Source: a virus. Taken from it: 64,000 nt of DNA. A program made the translations under genes and the position numbers. Shown piece after piece: positions 1 through 9,838 of the stretch; within the stretch, counting starts at the first letter, position 1, and each line of letters begins with the position of its first letter. The notes beneath the pieces were generated by a model. That model was not told the origin of the DNA, ran no database searches, and saw nothing but the letters and a program-made list of their open reading frames with translations. The stretch covers positions 1 through 64,000 of IMG/VR virus record IMGVR_UViG_3300009008_000005. One strand, given 5' to 3'.

Positions 1-10
1 ACCCGGTTCA

Positions 11-979
11 TTACACTTCCTGGGACATCTGGGCGAGCATCAACTGTGTTGGTTTGGGTAGGCTTTCAAATACGGTACAGGGACTCTTCTCGAACTCCTT
101 GGCGAAGTCCGAAGACAGGCGGTCAGCAATTCCTGGGTCTTTGGCTAGACGGATGATGTCGGTGGAGGTCACTGCAATCTGCCCAAGATGGTAGAGCTTG
201 GGCTTCTCCTCCTTACCGTCCTTCTCTGTCGTAGTCTTGGGTGCAGCAGTCTTCGGCCGACCGTAGACGGTGTCGTACGGATTGGGGACAGTTGAGTCCC
301 ATAGACCAGTGACTCCGATCTTGTGGTCCATATCTTCGATGGCACCCACTAGGCCCGCTGGATCCATAGCGAACTTCGACATCTCTGAGAACATACCGGA
401 GCGGTCACCCTCAGGAACATGCATCATCCGGATCATTAGACCCTTCTGCAGGCTGTCCTGGTCTACGGACCTACCGAACCCGGGCGAAGCAGTCTTATAG
501 AACTCCATCCTGTCCTTCGGGGACAATGACATCGGATCTACAGCCCCTAGTCGGACCTCGGCTTCCTGTGCTTTGTCGGATGCGACCTTGGTCATCTTAG
601 CCTCCACTCCAGCAGGGATGGGAATTCTTGCCACCTCACCCATCGCAATTTTCTCCAAGGTAGGGAACTCCTCCACCCCGAAGTTCTTGCAGGATTCTTG
701 GATAGCACGAGCGGCAGTCTTCCGCAAACCTTCAGGTAGCTGGTGGCCTGTGCGAGAGAAATAGAACCCACTCAGCCAAGCATCAGCTCTGCTAGAGCAG
801 GCGAACTTCTTCAGCTCTGCCACACCGTCGTTGTAGTCAAGTGCCCAACCTTGTGAAGATGCTTCCGGGAATTGAGCCGTCTTCACGAACCCCGGCACCC
901 CACTGGAGGTAGGGAAGGACGCACGGAGAAGGCTTCCTCCATCGTCCGAGATATCGTAACAGGCGAATCTCCAATCCAT
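11..979 (-). CDS. Hypothetical protein with six K-x-A motifs; possibly a head-associated or proteolytically processed virion protein
   Basis: 322 aa ORF; RBS GAGGTG upstream; motifs VKTAQ, RKTAA, EKIAM, TKVAS, YKTAS, PKTAA; function is inference only. Confidence 0.6.
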   Translation of the reverse strand: MDWRFACYDISDDGGSLLRASFPTSSGVPGFVKTAQFPEASSQGWALDYNDGVAELKKFACSSRADAWLSGFYFSRTGHQLPEGLRKTAARAIQESCKNFGVEEFPTLEKIAMGEVARIPIPAGVEAKMTKVASDKAQEAEVRLGAVDPMSLSPKDRMEFYKTASPGFGRSVDQDSLQKGLMIRMMHVPEGDRSGMFSEMSKFAMDPAGLVGAIEDMDHKIGVTGLWDSTVPNPYDTVYGRPKTAAPKTTTEKDGKEEKPKLYHLGQIAVTSTDIIRLAKDPGIADRLSSDFAKEFEKSPCTVFESLPKPTQLMLAQMSQEV

Positions 980-1000
980 AACTTCACCTCTCTGCCTTAT

Positions 1001-1030
1001 ATGTTAGGGTGTTCGCACCTCCAGTGTCAA
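1001..1030 (-). promoter_or_regulatory. Sigma70-like promoter for the 11-979 gene
   Basis: Minus strand reads TTGACA-N18-TAACAT, ending 21 nt upstream of the ATG at 979. Confidence 0.55.
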
Positions 1031-1093
1031 GGTGAGCCGGGTACTACTAAATCTAGGGGCTAGGCTTAGCCCACCCTACGGACCCCACCTACT

Positions 1094-1114
1094 CTACTAA
1101 GGGAACCTTAGTAG
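1094..1114. repeat. Perfect 9-bp inverted repeat (hairpin)
   Basis: CTACTAAGG-GAA-CCTTAGTAG in the divergent intergenic region. Confidence 0.8.
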
Positions 1115-1136
1115 TTTGGTGAAGGCCTAAAATGTC

Positions 1137-1164
1137 TTGCAGTCGGACCTTTTCCTGGTATAAC
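1137..1164 (+). promoter_or_regulatory. Putative promoter of the replication operon
   Basis: TTGCAG-N16-TATAAC with an extended -10 TG; GGAGG RBS follows at 1194-1198. Confidence 0.5.
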
Positions 1165-1203
1165 GGAGAGTGTAGACTAAAACCACGTACTCAGGAGGAT
1201 TGC

Positions 1204-1416
1204 TTGGAGCAGATCGGACTAGGGCGTTTTATCGCCTCAATCGTGATTGAAGCCCTCGGGGCTGGCCTAGAGAAGGCCAAAGACATCGTCGAAGATGAGG
1301 ATGTCGAGCTGAATTTCAGTCGCAGGAAGGCTGAGGAACCTGAAGAAGAGATAGCGACGCTCGAAGAAGAGCTGGACGAAGAAGAGGTCGATGAGGACGG
1401 TGAAGAAGAGGCCTGA
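1204..1416 (+). CDS. Small acidic hypothetical protein
   Basis: Start moved from 1132 to TTG 1204, 5 nt after GGAGG; Glu/Asp-rich tail. Confidence 0.55.
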   Translation: MEQIGLGRFIASIVIEALGAGLEKAKDIVEDEDVELNFSRRKAEEPEEEIATLEEELDEEEVDEDGEEEA

Positions 1417-2806
1417 AGCTCTTCCTCCAGAGGAGCTTGAACCGGGAACTACTTACGTATCGTCATTCCTTTGGCTCCCACGGGCCAAGGTGAATGAGGC
1501 TGCTGTCCGATCTATCGCCACCTTCATGGTGGAGAACAAGAGGGCCCAGCAGCAGGAAGAGTTGACCCTGGTCGAGACTACACCGACGCATCTAGTGGTT
1601 CCTAGGGAGCTGTTCGAAGATGAGCAGCTCCCGGAACCCGTTGTTAGGTATCAGAGCAAAGCTCCAGACGTGAAGTTCGAGGAGAACATTGAACTCTGGC
1701 CTAACCAGAGGAACGGATGGAGGGCTCTGCGCAAGGCAGACAAGGGAATCCTGAACCTGGCTTGCGGTCGTGGGAAGACTGTGCTGGCGCTGAAGAAGAT
1801 CGCCTACGAAGGGAAGCCAGCAGCGATCGTAGTAGACAAGACAGCACTCCTTGAGCAGTGGAAGCTGGAAGCTACAAAGCACCTCGGCATCAAGGAAAGA
1901 GACATCGGGATCATCCAGGAGGACAGGTTCGAGTGGGACCGTCCCTTCGTGATCGCATCTATCCACTCTCTCGTGAATAGGGTGAAAGCTGGTGAGGTCC
2001 CGTGGGCGATGCGGGAACACTTCGGTATCGTCGTTTTCGATGAGGTGCACCACCTGTCTGCACCGACCTTCATTCTTACTGCACCCCTCTTCTTGAACTC
2101 ACGCATAGGTCTCAGTGCTACACCCACCCGACAGGATGGTCTGGAAGTACTGTACATGTCCCACCTGGGTGAGGTGTTCCACTCCGATCTCAGGCAACAG
2201 CTTACCCCGAACATCTTCTTCATTGAGACGGATACACAGATCCGGACCATCGATGACCAGAAGGACGTGCAGGACTGCACCGGGGAGCTGAACATCCCTA
2301 GGATGCGGAACTGGATGGGTAAGCAGATGTCCCGCAACAGGCTGATCCTTGCACAGATCAAGGAAGCTATGGATAAGGGACGCAACATCCTGGCCCTCAG
2401 TCACTCTAAGGATCAGGTAGAACTCCTGAACTCACTGGTACCCAGGTCCGGTATCATCACCAGTGACATCAGGCAGAAGGATAGGCTTCAGATGCTTCGT
2501 GATAGGCAGGTCACTTTTGCTATCACGGACATTGCAAAGGAGGGCCTCGACCACAAGGACCTGGACACCGTATTTTTCCTAACCCCGTTCTCCGACGAGA
2601 ACATGCTCCAGCAGGGTATAGGAAGGGCGTTACGAAAGAAGGCAGGAAAGAAAACTCCAGTGGTTGTATTCTTCTGGGACAGGCAGATCCGCCCAGCAGA
2701 CCACATGTGTAAAAGCCTTATGAGGGAGATGAAACGCCGTGACTGGAAGTATAGAAAGTTGCTCGCCGGGAAAAAGCCCCGCAGAGCTGGTCAAAGACCT
2801 ACATAG
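1391..2806 (+). CDS. Superfamily 2 DNA helicase (UvsW/XPB-like)
   Basis: Walker A LACGRGKT, DEVHH, SAT (motif III), QGIGRALR (motif VI). Confidence 0.9.
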   Translation: MRTVKKRPEALPPEELEPGTTYVSSFLWLPRAKVNEAAVRSIATFMVENKRAQQQEELTLVETTPTHLVVPRELFEDEQLPEPVVRYQSKAPDVKFEENIELWPNQRNGWRALRKADKGILNLACGRGKTVLALKKIAYEGKPAAIVVDKTALLEQWKLEATKHLGIKERDIGIIQEDRFEWDRPFVIASIHSLVNRVKAGEVPWAMREHFGIVVFDEVHHLSAPTFILTAPLFLNSRIGLSATPTRQDGLEVLYMSHLGEVFHSDLRQQLTPNIFFIETDTQIRTIDDQKDVQDCTGELNIPRMRNWMGKQMSRNRLILAQIKEAMDKGRNILALSHSKDQVELLNSLVPRSGIITSDIRQKDRLQMLRDRQVTFAITDIAKEGLDHKDLDTVFFLTPFSDENMLQQGIGRALRKKAGKKTPVVVFFWDRQIRPADHMCKSLMREMKRRDWKYRKLLAGKKPRRAGQRPT

Positions 2807-3389
2807 GGATTGGTCCGCCTGTTCGAGGTGTATCTACGCCACGAAGCGAATCTCGGTAGTCCTTGGTGAAGGACCCGTCCCTTGTCCAATAGCCATTGTA
2901 GGCGAAGCCCCTGGGCGTGAAGAGAACGTGCAGGGTAAACCCTTCGTCGGGTCCCACGGAGAGATCCTGGACCTGATGTTATCCGCTGCCGACCGTACGA
3001 GAGAAGACGTCTTCCTGACCAACACCGTATGCTGCAAGACTCCGGACAGCGAGGACCCCGTAAAGGAAGCCTTGGCTGCATGTAGGCCACGGATGATGGA
3101 AGAGATATACCTCGTCGACCCTGTCGTGATTATCACGCTGGGGAAGGTGGCCACAACCTACTTCTTAGGGAAGCACCGGCTCCCCGATGTAGTAGGGAAG
3201 ATGTACCCCGTGGAACTCCCTGGGAGGGTCACGCCGTGGAAGACAACAGTTCTTCCGACGTGGCACCCGGAGAAGATTCTCCGTGAGGGTATGTCGGCTG
3301 CGCTAGCCGACGATGTTTTCAGGCATATGTGCCTTGGTTTCGAAACCGCAGACATACACCGGGAGGTAGCTTATGAAGAAATTGACTGA
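2739..3389 (+). CDS. udg: Uracil-DNA glycosylase, family 4 (Fe-S type)
   Basis: CSRC, VGEAPG, GKPFVG, TNTVCC, C and TWHP motifs. Confidence 0.9.
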   Translation: MTGSIESCSPGKSPAELVKDLHRDWSACSRCIYATKRISVVLGEGPVPCPIAIVGEAPGREENVQGKPFVGSHGEILDLMLSAADRTREDVFLTNTVCCKTPDSEDPVKEALAACRPRMMEEIYLVDPVVIITLGKVATTYFLGKHRLPDVVGKMYPVELPGRVTPWKTTVLPTWHPEKILREGMSAALADDVFRHMCLGFETADIHREVAYEEID

Positions 3390-3783
3390 GATCTCGTGGG
3401 CCCAATTCGATAAGGCCCAGAAGGACCTGAAGGACTTCGAGGAGAACCATCCAAAACTCCTTGTGATTCTAAGGGCCCTGGTTGAAGAGTACAACAAGGC
3501 CATCGTGAACATGGATCACGCCCTTCGTAGCGAGGTAAGCGGAAGGTCTGAAACTGGTCCGTTCTCCACGCATGCCAGGACTGTCACGAAGATCGATCTG
3601 GACACCTTGATCCTCAAGGCCCCGAAGGTTCTTCTGGAGCCGGGTGTGGTGTCCAGGGTGAACCCCGGTAACACCATCGCTGCGTGCGAACGGACTAAGC
3701 TGAAGAGGTTGGTGGGTGAGATCGCTACGAAGTCCACTGGTCTGGCCATCTCCAAGCCCGATAAGCTGAACTTGGAATGGTAG
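3373..3783 (+). CDS. Hypothetical protein with N-terminal coiled coil
   Basis: 136 aa; overlaps both neighbours; operon-like codon usage. Confidence 0.65.
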   Translation: MKKLTEISWAQFDKAQKDLKDFEENHPKLLVILRALVEEYNKAIVNMDHALRSEVSGRSETGPFSTHARTVTKIDLDTLILKAPKVLLEPGVVSRVNPGNTIAACERTKLKRLVGEIATKSTGLAISKPDKLNLEW

Positions 3784-3809
3784 GCGCAGCTGTAACAAGG
3801 AGGGCGCAA

Positions 3810-4160
3810 GTGTCATCTAACCAGAAACAAGATCTGTCCGCAGAGTGGAGGGCCAAGAGGAATGAACTCCTCACCGAACTTGCAGACGGTGAAGCCGACG
3901 TGAACGTCCGAGCAGGCAGTGTGACCACACGGAAGTACTACGTGAAGAACCAGTTCGGCCAGACGGATGACGTCTTCGTGCGGGTCGAGTACTCCGCTGC
4001 AGTAACCTTGAAATGCCCCCAGACCGACGATGGTATTGCTCAGGCCAAGACCATTGCATCTGAGCTGGCCATGAAACACCACGTCCAGTGTATGGAAGAA
4101 CTGGAGGTCAACGTAATGGCCTACCTCAAGGGTGAGGGTGTGGACGTAGACGATGCGTAA
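3810..4160 (+). CDS. Hypothetical protein
   Basis: GTG start after AGGAGG; coupled to the next gene. Confidence 0.65.
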   Translation: MSSNQKQDLSAEWRAKRNELLTELADGEADVNVRAGSVTTRKYYVKNQFGQTDDVFVRVEYSAAVTLKCPQTDDGIAQAKTIASELAMKHHVQCMEELEVNVMAYLKGEGVDVDDA

Positions 4161-4539
4161 AGCACGCATAGGGGATGTCTCTGTACGGGTAACGGAGCTG
4201 ACGCTGACGAGCGGCTCCGTTCCCGGCTCTTACCACGGGAGGGTGAAGTACGCCGTAGCGCCAGACAGGGGCACAGAGGTGATGATCACTGAGCAGCCCG
4301 TACCGCCTGAGATCTACAAGTACGTGGAGAAGCTCATTGAGATGTTGGAGGAACGCTTTGTGGAGGGGGGAAACCTCTTCCGACTTACGGAGGTCGGCAA
4401 GGAGCCGGAAGACGTAGAAACCTTTGGGGAACTAAGCTTCCTCATTCCAGTTGAAGATGAAGGGGATGCCGATGAGTGCATGGGGACTACAGCTGATCAG
4501 CTCGATCCTGACAGCGGAGGACCCGAAGGCGGCGTATGA
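4153..4539 (+). CDS. Hypothetical protein with acidic C-terminus
   Basis: 128 aa ORF within the replication operon. Confidence 0.6.
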   Translation: MRKARIGDVSVRVTELTLTSGSVPGSYHGRVKYAVAPDRGTEVMITEQPVPPEIYKYVEKLIEMLEERFVEGGNLFRLTEVGKEPEDVETFGELSFLIPVEDEGDADECMGTTADQLDPDSGGPEGGV

Positions 4540-5899
4540 CCTCGCCGTAAAGGCAGGCATCTCCCCAAGGGTCCTACTAAATTTTGAAGCAAGAGCTGCT
4601 CTACAGAAGATAAAGGACTTCCACGACCGGCCTACGCAGTTCGGTCGAATCCCTTCAGTCGAGAGGCTAATGGTGGACTGTCCTCGTCTCGTACTACCAC
4701 AGGCGAAGGACACCATCGAGGATCTGTGTGAGTCAGTCCAATCAGAATACTTGAAAGCAAGCATCAGGGACTTCCGGGACAAGCTGGATGAATCCATCGT
4801 CGATACGGACCCACGAGAAGTTATCGACATGATGCGTAACGAAGTCCTGACCCTGGCCAAGGAACTCGTCACAGAAAGTGATGAGGACTTCGGCGCAGGT
4901 TTCCAGGATGGTCTAGCAGAGCACATACACGCCATGTCTTCTGCGGATGGACTGTTGGGTATCCCATGGCCCTGGGAAGAGATGAATGAAGCGACCCAGG
5001 GGATCTGCCCAGGTGACCTAATCCTGTGGTATGGGATCCCGAAGAGCATGAAGACATGGATCGGACTGTACGTCTGCACGTGGCTCTTCCTAAAGGGCTA
5101 CAAGGTGTTGGTGTACTCCAGGGAAATGACCTACAGGATCATGAGGCTGCGCTGCGGATCGATCCTGGCCTCTGTGGACTACACAAGGCTGAAGAGAAAC
5201 CAGCTTACTCCATTGGAGTGGGCTCGCATAGACAAGGCGATCCAGCTTCTGGAACACCCCGAGTGCGGGCACATGATGTTCACACGGAACAGTAACCCCG
5301 ATGGATCCGCTGCTGGTGTCCAGGCTCTCCGCATGAAGGTAGACGCCTACGAGCCAGACTTCATCATGCTGGACAGCGCCTACCTGATGTCAAACGACCG
5401 CACAGGTGAGTCCAGCATGAAGTGGAATGACCTTTCGGCTATCAGCCAAGATGTGAAGCAGATGATCCTGGCCTCCAACATCCCCACGATGTTGGTCTGG
5501 CAGGAGTCCGAACGACTCTCCATGAAGTATGGGAAGGCTGGACGTGGTACAGCCTCTCTCGCCCTCGCAACACAACTGGTCTACGACGCAGACCTTGCAG
5601 TCAAGATCGTCTACAACCACGGCCTGAGTAAGGCATCACTGCACCTAGCGGCTGCGAGGGAGACCGAGTTTGACGGACTCACCATCAACGCATGTGCAGG
5701 CTACGACTTCACCTTCTCCAGCCTCGACCTACTCCACAACGGGGAGGAAGAGTCTGTCGGTGGAGGACTACCAGAAACGAAACCGTCGTCCCAACAGATG
5801 GCGGAGCTACAGAACATGTTCAGGAACTCGGTCGCACTCCAAGGTAGAGGTGCGGCGGAACCTGTAGAAGAGGTAGAAGAAGATGAGCCTGAGGAGTGA
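4451..5899 (+). CDS. dnaB: Replicative DNA helicase, DnaB family
   Basis: GIPWPW, GDLILWYGIPKSMKT (Walker A), YSREM, FIMLDSAY (Walker B), YDAD. Confidence 0.9.
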   Translation: MKMKGMPMSAWGLQLISSILTAEDPKAAYDLAVKAGISPRVLLNFEARAALQKIKDFHDRPTQFGRIPSVERLMVDCPRLVLPQAKDTIEDLCESVQSEYLKASIRDFRDKLDESIVDTDPREVIDMMRNEVLTLAKELVTESDEDFGAGFQDGLAEHIHAMSSADGLLGIPWPWEEMNEATQGICPGDLILWYGIPKSMKTWIGLYVCTWLFLKGYKVLVYSREMTYRIMRLRCGSILASVDYTRLKRNQLTPLEWARIDKAIQLLEHPECGHMMFTRNSNPDGSAAGVQALRMKVDAYEPDFIMLDSAYLMSNDRTGESSMKWNDLSAISQDVKQMILASNIPTMLVWQESERLSMKYGKAGRGTASLALATQLVYDADLAVKIVYNHGLSKASLHLAAARETEFDGLTINACAGYDFTFSSLDLLHNGEEESVGGGLPETKPSSQQMAELQNMFRNSVALQGRGAAEPVEEVEEDEPEE

Positions 5900-6860
5900 C
5901 ATCGTACACGTCGCCTCCCAGTTCATGAGAATCGGGGGGAGCCCTAATGGGAACAACGTCCCCTTCCATTGCCCCTTCCACAAGGGTGGACGGGAAACCA
6001 AGCCGTCGTTCTATCTCTACGTTGGGCCACCTGATGGCCGTAGGTCCCCAGGTATGGGGTTCTGCCACACGTGCAACGAGGGCTGGACGCTAAAGACAAT
6101 CCTAAGGAATCTGAGAGTACCGGGTAACCTGATCGATGAGATCGTGAAGGATCTACCTGTGGTAGCGCCGAAGAGAACTGTGGTCTCACAGGTTCGAAGA
6201 CTCAACTTCGACAACCCTCACCTCCCTGAAGAGCTACTGGGTATCTATGACTGGTGTCCTACCTCGATGCTGAACATAGGGTTCCCTAAGGAACTCCTGC
6301 ACGAGTATGAGATCGGGTTTGACAAGTCGATGCGCCGTATCACATTCCCCCTCCGGGACCACATGGGTAACCTCATTGGGATCTCCGGTAGAGCAATGTC
6401 TGAGTATGCGCACCCCAAGTACTACTTCTACACGGACGAAGAACTAGGAGAGGCCTGCCCTGGGTACAAGCTACACAAGGGACGGTCGATGTGGAACTTC
6501 CATCGGTTCTATGCCACCAGCCTGGAGATGGATGTGCCGTACCTAGTTATCGTGGAGGGTTTCAAGCAGGCTCTTTGGCTGGTGAAGGCTGGGTACAAGA
6601 ATGTCGTAAGCGTCATGGGATCCTACCTGACCGAGGAGCAGGCAACTCTGCTGCTCAGGACAGGGGCGAAACTCTACCTCTTCCTGGACAATGACCTGCC
6701 GGGTAGGAAGGCAACGAAGAAGGTCGTGAGTATGCTAAGAAAGCAGACTCCCGAGGTATATGAAGTGCAGTACCCAGAAGGTACTGACGGGCTGTCTCCG
6801 GATGATTTTCCGGAAGATGAACTACAAAACATTCTTATGGAGGCAATCAATGGCTCGTAA
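5883..6860 (+). CDS. dnaG: DNA primase (DnaG-type Zn finger plus TOPRIM)
   Basis: CPFH...CHTC Zn finger; RITFPLRD, GISGR, IVEG, FLDNDLPG. Confidence 0.9.
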   Translation: MSLRSDIVHVASQFMRIGGSPNGNNVPFHCPFHKGGRETKPSFYLYVGPPDGRRSPGMGFCHTCNEGWTLKTILRNLRVPGNLIDEIVKDLPVVAPKRTVVSQVRRLNFDNPHLPEELLGIYDWCPTSMLNIGFPKELLHEYEIGFDKSMRRITFPLRDHMGNLIGISGRAMSEYAHPKYYFYTDEELGEACPGYKLHKGRSMWNFHRFYATSLEMDVPYLVIVEGFKQALWLVKAGYKNVVSVMGSYLTEEQATLLLRTGAKLYLFLDNDLPGRKATKKVVSMLRKQTPEVYEVQYPEGTDGLSPDDFPEDELQNILMEAINGS

Positions 6861-7920
6861 ACCCTATGACATGCGTGCGTTCCGAGACAAGTACCAGCAG
6901 GAGTCGGCCCGGATCCAGGCACGTAGACCCCAAAGTGGCAAGTTCGAGATTCCTGCCTGGAAGATGCGAATGGACAAGCTGCGGCTGGACAAAGAAGGGA
7001 CCTTGGTTCACATCTTCGCAGGGAACTACGAAGGGTGGCCGTTCTTCGAGTTCTGGGAGGCCTGGATAAAGGTGAAAGGTCGGCCCCGCCAGATCCTCTG
7101 CAACTGCGCAGGTGGCTCCACGGACAAGAACTGTGTCCTCTGCCACTATGAGAGGGAAGAGGAGAACCCTGCCTACATCCCGAAGCTCAGGGTGGCTGTC
7201 AACGCCATCGAACTGGCCACCTTCCACAAGGTGCAGCGTACGGCCAAGAGCGGTCGTCCCTACACCGTACTAGAGAAATGTAAGGGAACTAACGAGCTGG
7301 GGCACAATCGGTGCGAGTACTGCGACAGCCGTACACCCACGACCTTCGGACGGAAGGTGTTCCTGAGCCTGGGGAAGGGGTACTGGGAAAGCCTGAACGG
7401 CATCTCTGAGCAGATCAGCCGTATCTGCAAGAACTGTGGAGGGAAGATCTTCGTCCTGAAGTACAGCTGCGGTGAGTGCGGAGAGGTCTTCGCAGATCCT
7501 TCGGCCAAGACCGTGTCGGACGAAGAGTTCGCCATGTTCGAGAGCGAGAAGATCTCCTGTCCCAACTGTGGGCACACAGACTACGCCGACAAGGAAGAGC
7601 AGTGCTACAAGCGTGGCGAAGATGCGAAGCTCGTTCCGTCATGTGACAACACGGAAGCCTGCAACCTCTTCGACATGCCCATCCAGTTGGGTATCGCTGG
7701 AGACGGTCCTACTAGCAGCATGGTCCTCCAGACCAAGGAAGAGGACCTGAAATTCCAGGCCATGGACCCGAGAGTGGTCGACATGGCGCATCCCTATGAC
7801 TTCGACAAGTTCCTGGGCAGTATGCCCTGCGAGGAGCAGGCGGAGATCATGGACAAGCCGAACCCCTTTGAGGGTAAGGAAGATGACTCTGGAGACGGAG
7901 AGGACGTTGAGATCTACTAA
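6850..7920 (+). CDS. Probable single-stranded DNA-binding protein (gp32-like) with extra Cys clusters
   Basis: Lies between primase and polymerase; aromatic/basic N-terminal half, many CxxC motifs, acidic C-tail EDDSGDGEDVEIY; start moved to ATG 6850. Confidence 0.6.
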   Translation: MARKPYDMRAFRDKYQQESARIQARRPQSGKFEIPAWKMRMDKLRLDKEGTLVHIFAGNYEGWPFFEFWEAWIKVKGRPRQILCNCAGGSTDKNCVLCHYEREEENPAYIPKLRVAVNAIELATFHKVQRTAKSGRPYTVLEKCKGTNELGHNRCEYCDSRTPTTFGRKVFLSLGKGYWESLNGISEQISRICKNCGGKIFVLKYSCGECGEVFADPSAKTVSDEEFAMFESEKISCPNCGHTDYADKEEQCYKRGEDAKLVPSCDNTEACNLFDMPIQLGIAGDGPTSSMVLQTKEEDLKFQAMDPRVVDMAHPYDFDKFLGSMPCEEQAEIMDKPNPFEGKEDDSGDGEDVEIY

Positions 7921-7922
7921 GA

Positions 7923-7939
7923 GTATTTCGTTGAAATAC
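7923..7939. promoter_or_regulatory. Palindromic site copy 1, GTATTTC-GTT-GAAATAC
   Basis: Intergenic, immediately upstream of the polymerase start. Confidence 0.8.
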
Positions 7940-7950
7940 TTTGAGGCAGC

Positions 7951-9837
7951 GTGATGCTAGACGTATCACGTCTGCTGCCAAAGCCGATCACCATCCGTAC
8001 GGATGAGGAAGCGGAGAAGCTGCTGCTGGACCTGGAGGAGCTGGAGGTCGTCGCCTATGACACGGAGACGACAGGCCTCTCCAGGATCAGTGACATCGCT
8101 CTCTTCCTCGCACTGTCGGATGGTGTTAGGCGTTGGTGTGTAGGTCCGGAACAGATAGGTAAGTTCAAGCACGCTCTAATGCGGCCTGATCTCAAGCTTG
8201 TCGCACACAACTCCAACTACGACGCCTGGATGATGCACAACATCGGCATCCCTCTGCACCACACGAGGAACAGAAGGTTCGATACCGCCGTAATGCATCT
8301 CCTCTACGACGATGACGCTCCTCACGACTTGGAGTTCATCGCTCAGGACCTTCTAGGTATTCGTAAGCTCTCTTTCTCCAAGATGTTCAAGCTGAAGAAG
8401 GGTGACAAGGTCGGCGAAGTTCTGATGAAGTACTGGGACAGCGGGGACTGGGAGAAGGTATCCCACTACGCCTCCCTGGATGCATACGCAACCATGCTCA
8501 TCTTCGACCGCCTGCGTGATCTTCTTATGGAAGAGGACATCGACGAGGAGAACACCCTCTGGGACTACTACCTGAACTACGAACTCCCCTACGGCGATGT
8601 ACTGTTCCAGCTAGAGCTGAACGGTATCGAAGTAGACATGGACAACCTGCTGGAGCTGATCCCTCAGTTCGAGACCAGGGAGCACGAACTTGCGAAGTGG
8701 TTCGCACGAGAAGCTGGGGAACTTTGCAAGACCACAGGTAAGACCGTACACCGATTATTCTTCGAGACACTCCAGAAGGAACCTCTGGGCTACACGGACA
8801 CTAACCAGCCACAGCTGAACAAGGACTGTCTTGGTAGGTGGGCTGCGCAGGGATGCGAACACTCCGCAAAACTCCTGGAGTGGAGACAGACCAAGGACTT
8901 CTTAGGTAAGTACCTTCGGAACATCGTTGGCTTCGCAAAGCTGGGTAACGGGAGGGTGCATCCCACCTACAACCAGCACATCGTCAGGTCCGGGAGGCTG
9001 AGTAGTGCCGACCCAAACATGCAGAACCAGCACCCTGAAATCAAGCACGCCTACGTGCCTGGTAAGGGTAAGGTCTTCATGTGCTCGGACTACGCCCAGA
9101 TGGAGTGGCGTGTAGCAGCGCACCTGTCCGGGGATCCCAAGATGATCGCTGATATCCTGGATGGTCGTGACGCCCACGCATCCACAGCAGCAGCGGTCTT
9201 CAATGTCCCCTATGACGACATCATAGCAGCGAAGAAAAGAGGTGAAGAAGGTACTGCAACTGAAGAGGACATGGCTCTACTGAAGCTACGTTCGAATGCA
9301 AAGACCCTGAACTTCGGCGTCCTCTTCGGAGAGGGTGCACAGGGTGTGGCGCATAGCCTTGGTATCTCACTCGAAGAAGCACAGCAGATGCTATACACCT
9401 TCCGAGATACCTACAAGGTACTACACAAGTACTTCTGGAGGATCATCGGAGAGGCGGAAGAAACTGGTGTGTGCTGGACGATGTTGGGGAGGCCTAGGCG
9501 TCTCCGTCACATCGGATCCGGTAGAAGGTCGAAGGCCGCAGAGGACGAGAGGAAGGCGAAGAATAGTCCTATCCAAGGCAGTGCATCAGATCTCATGAAG
9601 GTCGTGATGATGCAGCTACATGACCTGGATGAGTTCCAGGAGGGTAGGGCGAAGATGGTTGCGCAAGTGCACGATGAGATCCTGCTGCAACTGGACGAAG
9701 AGCTACGGCATGATGAGAGCTTCGTCAACACAGTGCTGACTATCATGCGGAACCCACTAGGGCCTGACACCCTGTGCGTACCTCTCCCTGTAGATACGGG
9801 ATGGGGCACCACATGGAAGGAAGCCAAAGGAGCCTGA
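7951..9837 (+). CDS. polA: DNA polymerase family A with 3'-5' exonuclease domain
   Basis: Exo I YDTETTG, Exo II HNSNYD, Exo III YASLDA; motif A DYAQME, motif B RSNAKTLNFG, motif C VHDE. Confidence 0.95.
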   Translation: MMLDVSRLLPKPITIRTDEEAEKLLLDLEELEVVAYDTETTGLSRISDIALFLALSDGVRRWCVGPEQIGKFKHALMRPDLKLVAHNSNYDAWMMHNIGIPLHHTRNRRFDTAVMHLLYDDDAPHDLEFIAQDLLGIRKLSFSKMFKLKKGDKVGEVLMKYWDSGDWEKVSHYASLDAYATMLIFDRLRDLLMEEDIDEENTLWDYYLNYELPYGDVLFQLELNGIEVDMDNLLELIPQFETREHELAKWFAREAGELCKTTGKTVHRLFFETLQKEPLGYTDTNQPQLNKDCLGRWAAQGCEHSAKLLEWRQTKDFLGKYLRNIVGFAKLGNGRVHPTYNQHIVRSGRLSSADPNMQNQHPEIKHAYVPGKGKVFMCSDYAQMEWRVAAHLSGDPKMIADILDGRDAHASTAAAVFNVPYDDIIAAKKRGEEGTATEEDMALLKLRSNAKTLNFGVLFGEGAQGVAHSLGISLEEAQQMLYTFRDTYKVLHKYFWRIIGEAEETGVCWTMLGRPRRLRHIGSGRRSKAAEDERKAKNSPIQGSASDLMKVVMMQLHDLDEFQEGRAKMVAQVHDEILLQLDEELRHDESFVNTVLTIMRNPLGPDTLCVPLPVDTGWGTTWKEAKGA

Positions 9838-9838
9838 G

